From the NCBI GenBank assembly GCA_965207065.1, contig OZ242260.1:2560001-2624000 (forward strand): a DNA stretch of 64,000 nucleotides. The letters are read 5' to 3'. Below the pieces are notes generated by a model. It did not search any database. It was not told the origin of the DNA and worked only from the letters and a program-made list of their open reading frames with translations. The translations under genes and the position numbers were made by a program. The stretch is from a bacterium (GTDB lineage: Bacteria > UBA8248). Positions 58,619 to 64,000 of the stretch are shown piece after piece. Position 1 is the stretch's first letter, and each line of letters starts with the position of its first letter.

Positions 58619-60346
58619 CTACTTCGCCACCGCGCCGGGCCGACGTTTCGGGATGATCGGCACGAGCAGGTAGGACTGGTGGTTCGGTCCCGAGTGCAGG
58701 GTGGTGCGCCCGCCGAATACCTCCTTGCAGCGGTCGACGGGATGGTCGTGCAGGAACGGTCCCGAACCGCGCGAGGGCACGTAGGCCTCCACCGCGGGAC
58801 CGGGCCGGTCGAAGTCCTGTCCAGCGATGTTGATCGAGAGCTGGAAACCTTTCGGCAGCACGATGCACTGGGGCCAGATTTCCACGTCGAGCTGGTAGAT
58901 CCGATCCGGCGTGAGCGGCTGCTTGTCATCGTGCGTGTGGTAGGGCCGCCAGGGATCGGACAGCTCCTCGTCCAGCTTCCGGTGCGAGGCGCGCAGCCAG
59001 CCCTGGGCGAGCGGCGTCTTGGGGTCGACCGTGCCCTGGAAGTACACTTCCCGCCCCTTGGGCGAGAACGCCTGGACAGTGACGAACAGGTCCGCATCCA
59101 CCGTGGACGAGGAAATGAAGAGCTTGGCCGACATCGGGCCGGTGATCTCGGTCTCCTCCTTGAGCGGCGCCGTCCTGAGCGTGATGCCGCGCGTGAGCGC
59201 CCGGAAGGTCTTGGAGCGTTTGGCCTTGGGCGGTTTGGCGTCCAGCTTCCCCTTGCCGCCCGCGTGGAGATAGAGCTTCGTCCACTTCGTGCCCTTGAGC
59301 GGCCACTCGTGCTCCTTGCGCAGCTCCACCTCGTCGGTGAACGGCCGCCGGAGGTTCAGCCATACGCGGGGCTCTTTCTCCCAGCCGTTCTGCTCGCCCT
59401 TGAGGTAGTAGTCGAAGAAGCGCTTCTGGAGTTCCATGCCGTATTCGAGGTAGAACCACTCCTCGTGCCTGCCCGGATGGCCTTCGAGCCACTTTTCTTC
59501 AGACGCCGCCTGCGTGTAGGCCTCGAAGTTCCCGCGCGGGTGCAGGCCGAAGCCCGCCCAGCTCCCCGCGCTCAGGAAGGGAACCTTCACCTTCGACCAG
59601 TCGGGCGAGCGGGAGCGGTACCAGTCGTCATCCATCTCGCGCGCCAGGAAGTTCGCGAGCGTGTCGGCGCGGTTGTCCTTGAGTTCTTCCTTCGAAAGCG
59701 TCGCCGGGCCCGTCGAGCGCGTCTCCATCCAGTGGTCGCGCGGGCCGTTGGGATTGCCATGCTGCACCGCCTCGACCTGGCGCGGATACCAGATTTCCAT
59801 GAACTTGTTGGAGAGGATGCCCCCGTGCCGCGCCCAGTCGCGGTAGTGGTCGGCGGCGCCCTCCCAGGGGATCATCGCCGTCAGGTGCTTGGGCTGAAGC
59901 TCTGCGACCTGCCACTGGTTGATGGCGTAGTAGGAGACGCCGTTCAGGCCCACCTTGCCGTTTGACCACTTCTGCTGCCCCGCCCACTCGATGGCGATGG
60001 CGAAGTCCTTGGTCTCGCGCGGGGAGAAGATGTCCAGATAGCCGGGCGAGCGTCCCGCGCCGCGCGAATCGACCCGCACGCAGGCGTAGCCCCAGGGCAC
60101 CCATATCTCGGGGTCCACCGTCTCCCAGGTGAGCCAGCGGTGCTGCGAGCCTTCCAGGATGTCGGGGTGCATCTTCACCAGCGAATCCCAGAGCGGCTTG
60201 TAGTGTTCCTGGTATTTGACGCCCTTGCCGTAGGGGCCGCCGGCAAGGACGACGGGCACCTTCTCCTTGGTGTCGGGCCGGAATACGTCGACCCGCAGCA
60301 CCACCCCGTCATCCATCTCGACGGGCAGATCACGTTCGATAATCAT
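58619..60346 (-). CDS. CocE/NonD family hydrolase
   Basis: MDDGVVLRVDVFRP, GPYGK, DSRGAGRSPG, WSNGKVGLNGVSYY nucleophile; AGGAGG RBS. Confidence 0.92.
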   Translation of the reverse strand: MIIERDLPVEMDDGVVLRVDVFRPDTKEKVPVVLAGGPYGKGVKYQEHYKPLWDSLVKMHPDILEGSQHRWLTWETVDPEIWVPWGYACVRVDSRGAGRSPGYLDIFSPRETKDFAIAIEWAGQQKWSNGKVGLNGVSYYAINQWQVAELQPKHLTAMIPWEGAADHYRDWARHGGILSNKFMEIWYPRQVEAVQHGNPNGPRDHWMETRSTGPATLSKEELKDNRADTLANFLAREMDDDWYRSRSPDWSKVKVPFLSAGSWAGFGLHPRGNFEAYTQAASEEKWLEGHPGRHEEWFYLEYGMELQKRFFDYYLKGEQNGWEKEPRVWLNLRRPFTDEVELRKEHEWPLKGTKWTKLYLHAGGKGKLDAKPPKAKRSKTFRALTRGITLRTAPLKEETEITGPMSAKLFISSSTVDADLFVTVQAFSPKGREVYFQGTVDPKTPLAQGWLRASHRKLDEELSDPWRPYHTHDDKQPLTPDRIYQLDVEIWPQCIVLPKGFQLSINIAGQDFDRPGPAVEAYVPSRGSGPFLHDHPVDRCKEVFGGRTTLHSGPNHQSYLLVPIIPKRRPGAVAK

Positions 60347-60641
60347 ACGCACCTCCTGGGTTTGAGAATGAGGCTGCGGCGCCCGAGAAGGGGCCGCCTG
60401 CTCTTTCCGCGTTTCCACATGGTTAGAATGTGGGGAAATTATGCGACAATGCCCCGCATATTTCAATTTGAAGAGTTTATGGCTTTCGTATCTCTCCCGC
60501 TCAAGTGTCGGACGGGAAGAGTGGATAAATCCTCTCACCTGAATCATTTTATGGCCTCGGGCGATTTTCCCGCACTCGATAAACGGCTATATTCGCAGAT
60601 GCAGTCGCGCTCCTATTCCCGCCGCCGGGCCGGAGTTCCCT

Positions 60642-61094
60642 TTGCTCACATACATCGACCAAATCGATCGCCGCATCTCGGGCTGGATGAACCGCTACGG
60701 CAGGCTGTTTCTCCGAATATCGCTCGCCGTCGTCTTCATCTGGTTCGGGGCACTGAAACCCTTGGGGTTGAGCGCAGCGGCCGAGCTCGTGCGCCGCACG
60801 GTCTACTGGCTGCCGCCCGATTTCTTCATCCCCCTGCTCGGCTGGTGGGAGGTGGCGATAGGGGTGGGGCTGCTCTTCCGCCCGCTCATCCGCGTCGCCC
60901 TGTTCCTGCTTTTTCTGCAAATGCCGGGGACGATTCTGCCGCTGTTCCTGCTGCCTGAGGTCTGCTTCACGCAGATACCCTTCGCCCCCACGCTGGAGGG
61001 GCAATACATCATCAAGAACCTCATTCTCCTGAGCGCGGCGATCGCCGTTGGCGGCACGGTGCGGCGGGAGGAGAGTGGGAATTCGTGTACCTGA
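60642..61094 (+). CDS. DoxX-like inner membrane protein
   Basis: LRISLAVVFIWFGALK, WEVAIG, GQYIIKN. Confidence 0.8.
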   Translation: MLTYIDQIDRRISGWMNRYGRLFLRISLAVVFIWFGALKPLGLSAAAELVRRTVYWLPPDFFIPLLGWWEVAIGVGLLFRPLIRVALFLLFLQMPGTILPLFLLPEVCFTQIPFAPTLEGQYIIKNLILLSAAIAVGGTVRREESGNSCT

Positions 61095-61130
61095 CGAAGC
61101 GGCCCGTACCTTTAGTTGTCACAGGTTATT

Positions 61131-61206
61131 TGTAGGGACAACCCTCCGTGTTTGTCCTTTTTCAGGATGGTTGCAATCAGGACAGGCACGGAGGCCTGTC
61201 CCTACA
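61131..61206. repeat. GTAG-type REP doublet
   Basis: TGTAGGGACAACCCTCCGTGTTTGTCCT ... AGGACAGGCACGGAGGCCTGTCCCTACA inverted pair. Confidence 0.75.
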
Positions 61207-61326
61207 GCAAAAGCAAATCCTCCCGCATTGGATTTATTCAACAACCCCTTCAAGGGGGAGTGAGTTGTCTCACCAAAGTGGCGGGTGGGTCTGGCGCGTC
61301 CGTTATCCAGACCTTAAAGTGTCCCC

Positions 61327-62184
61327 ATGACTTTCCTTGCCCTTTCGCTTGTGCTTACCGCCGCATTCTGTCACGCCACCTGGAACCTGCTGGTCAAGCG
61401 CATCAACGGCGGGCCGGAACTCGTATGGCTGTTTTCCGTCTTCTCGGTCCTGATCTACCTGCCGGTCGTAGTGGTCGTTTATGTTATCGAACGCCCCCTC
61501 ATGGAGTGGCGCGAGGTCGGGTTTTACGTCGGCAGCGCCGCTCTGCATATGGCCTACTTCCTGCTTCTCCAGCAGGGCTACCGCAGGGGCGATTTGTCCC
61601 TGGTCTACCCGGTTGCGCGGGCTACCGGACCGTTCCTCTCCACCCTGTTCGCCGTCTCCGTCCTGGGCGAGAATCTCACCATACAGACTGCCCTCGGCGG
61701 CCTGGCGATCATCGTCGGCATCGTGTTCCTGACGGGCGGCTTCGACTGGTCCTCGACGCGGCGGGTGAGTTCGCTGCTGTTCGGGGTTTCCACCGGCGTG
61801 CTCATCGGCAGCTATACGGTATGGGACGCCTATGCCGTGAGTGCGCTCGCCATGCCGCCGATACTGCTCGATTACGGGTCGAACCTGGCGCGCGCTGTGT
61901 TCCTGGTGCCCTACGCCGTCACGCGCAGGGAGGCCGTCGCGAAGCACTGGCGCGAACACAAGCTCGCCGTGCTCGGAATCGCCGTGTTCACCCCGCTTGC
62001 GTATATGCTGGTGCTGACGGCGCTCGTCTTCACGCCGATCGTCTACGTCGCGCCCGGGCGCGAGGTCAGCGTCCTGATCACGGTGGCGATGGGGTCGATC
62101 CTGCTGGGCGAGGGCGAGCTGCGCAAGCGCATGGGATGGGCCTGTCTGATCCTCCTGGGCATGGTGATGCTGGCGTCGGGCTAG
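61327..62184 (+). CDS. DMT/EamA family transporter
   Basis: AAFCHATWNLLVK, GDLSLVYPVARATGP, REVSV, LLGE. Confidence 0.9.
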   Translation: MTFLALSLVLTAAFCHATWNLLVKRINGGPELVWLFSVFSVLIYLPVVVVVYVIERPLMEWREVGFYVGSAALHMAYFLLLQQGYRRGDLSLVYPVARATGPFLSTLFAVSVLGENLTIQTALGGLAIIVGIVFLTGGFDWSSTRRVSSLLFGVSTGVLIGSYTVWDAYAVSALAMPPILLDYGSNLARAVFLVPYAVTRREAVAKHWREHKLAVLGIAVFTPLAYMLVLTALVFTPIVYVAPGREVSVLITVAMGSILLGEGELRKRMGWACLILLGMVMLASG

Positions 62185-62299
62185 CGGTGAACGGAGCATC
62201 CTTGCGATGCCCCCGAGCCGCTGGCCGGCGCGATGAAAAGTGCTATAGTGCCCCGGCCATAAATCGAAATGACAATCATCCCCTTCACAGGAGCGAAGC

Positions 62300-62692
62300 A
62301 TGAGCGAGCCGCAAATCACTGCGCAGGACATCCTGAACGCAAGCGCGGGCTGTCTGCAAAAGCAGATGTACGTCTATTTCACCACGCCCGTGAACGGCCT
62401 GGGACCGGTGATGGAGAATCTCGAAGATCACCTGAAGTTCCAGATCGAACTCGAGCAGAAGGGCATCATGTTCGGCGCGGGGCCATTCTGGACCGACGAC
62501 GAGCAGCGCTGGGAGGGGGAGGGGATGATCATCATCCGCGCCGGTTCCCTGGCCGAGGCGCGGAAGATCGCCGAATCGGACCCCATGCACGCGAGCGGCG
62601 CGCGGGCGTTCACCATACGCCCCTGGCTCATGAACGAAGGCGCGGTGACGATGAAGATCACCTATTCCGACGGAGGACGCGAGGTCATATGA
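62300..62692 (+). CDS. YciI-family protein
   Basis: DHL, GAGP, GMIIIRAGSLAEARKIAESDPMH, IRPW. Confidence 0.85.
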   Translation: MSEPQITAQDILNASAGCLQKQMYVYFTTPVNGLGPVMENLEDHLKFQIELEQKGIMFGAGPFWTDDEQRWEGEGMIIIRAGSLAEARKIAESDPMHASGARAFTIRPWLMNEGAVTMKITYSDGGREVI

Positions 62693-63549
62693 ACTGGACG
62701 CCAAGAAGAGAGAAATTCCGCGCCCTGCTCGCAGGCGATAAATGCGTGCACCCAGGTTCGGTGTATGACCCCCTCACCGCGCGCATGGCGGAGGACCTGG
62801 GCTTCGAGGTCGGGATGTTCGCAGGCTCCACCGCCTCGCTCACCGTGCTGGGCGCGCCCGACTTCATCCTGCTCACCATGACGGAATTCGCCGACCAGGC
62901 GCTGCGCATCAACCGCGCGACCGGGATGCCCCTGATGGTGGATGCCGATCACGGCTACGGCAACGCGCTGAACGTGAAGCGCACCGTCCAGGAACTGGAA
63001 ACGGCGGGCGTGTCGGGCCTCTCCATCGAGGACACGGTGCTCCCCCAGCCCTTCGGCGCGGATGGCGCGCAGCTCAGCACGATTGAAGAGGGCGTGGGCA
63101 AGATGCGCGCCGCCCTCGAGGGACGCCAGGACCCGAATCTCGTTATCGCCGGCCGGACGAGCGCGCCGCGCGTCACGAGCACCGAGGACGCCATCGCGCG
63201 CGTCACGGCGTATGAGTCGGCGGGGGTGGACGCCATCTTCGTGGTGGGCGTCCGGAGCCGCGCGCAACTGGAGGCTATCTCGGCTACTGTGAATCTTCCT
63301 ATCATCCTGGGCGGGAGTGCTAAGGAGGTGCGGGGACTGGATTATCTCGGGAGCCTCGGCGTGCGCGTCGCACTCCAGGGCCACCAGCCCATCATGGCGG
63401 CGGCGGGGGCGGCCTATTCCACCTTAAAGGCCCTCAAGGACGGCGTAGAGCCTGAAGACCTGGAAAACGTGCCCGCAGGCGATTTCATGAAAAAATACAT
63501 GAACGACGCGGACTATAGACGGCAGATAAGCTCGTTTCTCGACGGATGA
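62689..63549 (+). CDS. Isocitrate lyase/PEP mutase family (oxaloacetate decarboxylase-like)
   Basis: PGSVYDP, MFAGS, VDADHGYGNALNV, IEDT; ATGA overlap with upstream gene. Confidence 0.9.
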   Translation: MNWTPRREKFRALLAGDKCVHPGSVYDPLTARMAEDLGFEVGMFAGSTASLTVLGAPDFILLTMTEFADQALRINRATGMPLMVDADHGYGNALNVKRTVQELETAGVSGLSIEDTVLPQPFGADGAQLSTIEEGVGKMRAALEGRQDPNLVIAGRTSAPRVTSTEDAIARVTAYESAGVDAIFVVGVRSRAQLEAISATVNLPIILGGSAKEVRGLDYLGSLGVRVALQGHQPIMAAAGAAYSTLKALKDGVEPEDLENVPAGDFMKKYMNDADYRRQISSFLDG

Positions 63550-63607
63550 AGTTCGCGAACATGTAGTTATGTCCGGCTTGCGGGTTTTCTCCACAAGGGA
63601 AGCGCTC

Positions 63608-63841
63608 ATGAGGGTGAAATACACGGTCGTTATCGAGAAATCGCCTGACAACTACGCGGCCTATGCTCCCGACCTGCCGGGCTGCGTCGCGACGGGCCGC
63701 ACCCGGGAGGAGACGCTGGCGGATATCCGCGAAGCGGTCGAACTGCATCTCGAAAGCCTGTGCGAGCACGGCGAGCCTGCGCCACAGCCTCAAGCGACCG
63801 CCGACACCGTGGAAGTGGCGGCGGCGGGAACATCGGAGTGA
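63608..63841 (+). CDS. hicB: HicB-family antitoxin-like protein
   Basis: 'YTVVIEK...YAAYAPDLPGCVATGRTREETLADIREAVELHL'. Confidence 0.85.
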   Translation: MRVKYTVVIEKSPDNYAAYAPDLPGCVATGRTREETLADIREAVELHLESLCEHGEPAPQPQATADTVEVAAAGTSE

Positions 63842-64000
63842 CTGTGCGGCTATATCTCCTGCTGAGGCGCATGAAGATGACAGCGATCCGTATCGGGAAC
63901 CTGTCCTGAGCATGTCGAAGGAATCTGTCCCGAGCGCTTCGAAAAAGCCTGTTCCGATCCCGCGTCGAGATGCCCGCGCTCAAAACCCCGATCTCATGTG

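Noticed and set aside
62269-62688. Apparent N-terminal extension of the ICL/PEP mutase protein
   Set aside because: Off-frame overlap with the YciI gene; real start is ATG 62689.

Overview
GC-rich, diderm bacterial chromosome segment (it encodes an autotransporter and lipoproteins) dominated by accessory catabolic and transport genes: two ABC importers, TcuA-like and other flavin/Fe-S oxidoreductases, a hydrolase/cyclase cluster, a hydantoinase A/B pair and a complete 2-hydroxyisobutyryl-CoA mutase operon (hcmB-hcl-meaB-hcmA). Two surface-protein islands (about 14-22 kb and 33-42 kb) carry three TbpB-like lipoproteins, an autotransporter, an all-in-one kinase/response regulator and a PAS-LuxR regulator. 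Many deletion-scarred gene fragments, an IS256 relic and several miniature palindromic elements are present, plus one tRNA-Val. Main signals not visible in the ORF track: (1) an OsmC-family gene read through an in-frame TGA at the catalytic Cys position with a SECIS-like hairpin (probable selenoprotein); (2) a promoter-small RNA-terminator-DUF3800 unit beside the tRNA; (3) a ~320-nt multi-hairpin region that folds preferentially on the minus strand; (4) a duplicated 152-bp leader with a 16-bp palindrome tied to the LuxR gene; (5) a palindromic element whose core is flipped between its two copies. All protein calls come from motif recognition by eye; no database search was run. No CRISPR array or rRNA was seen.
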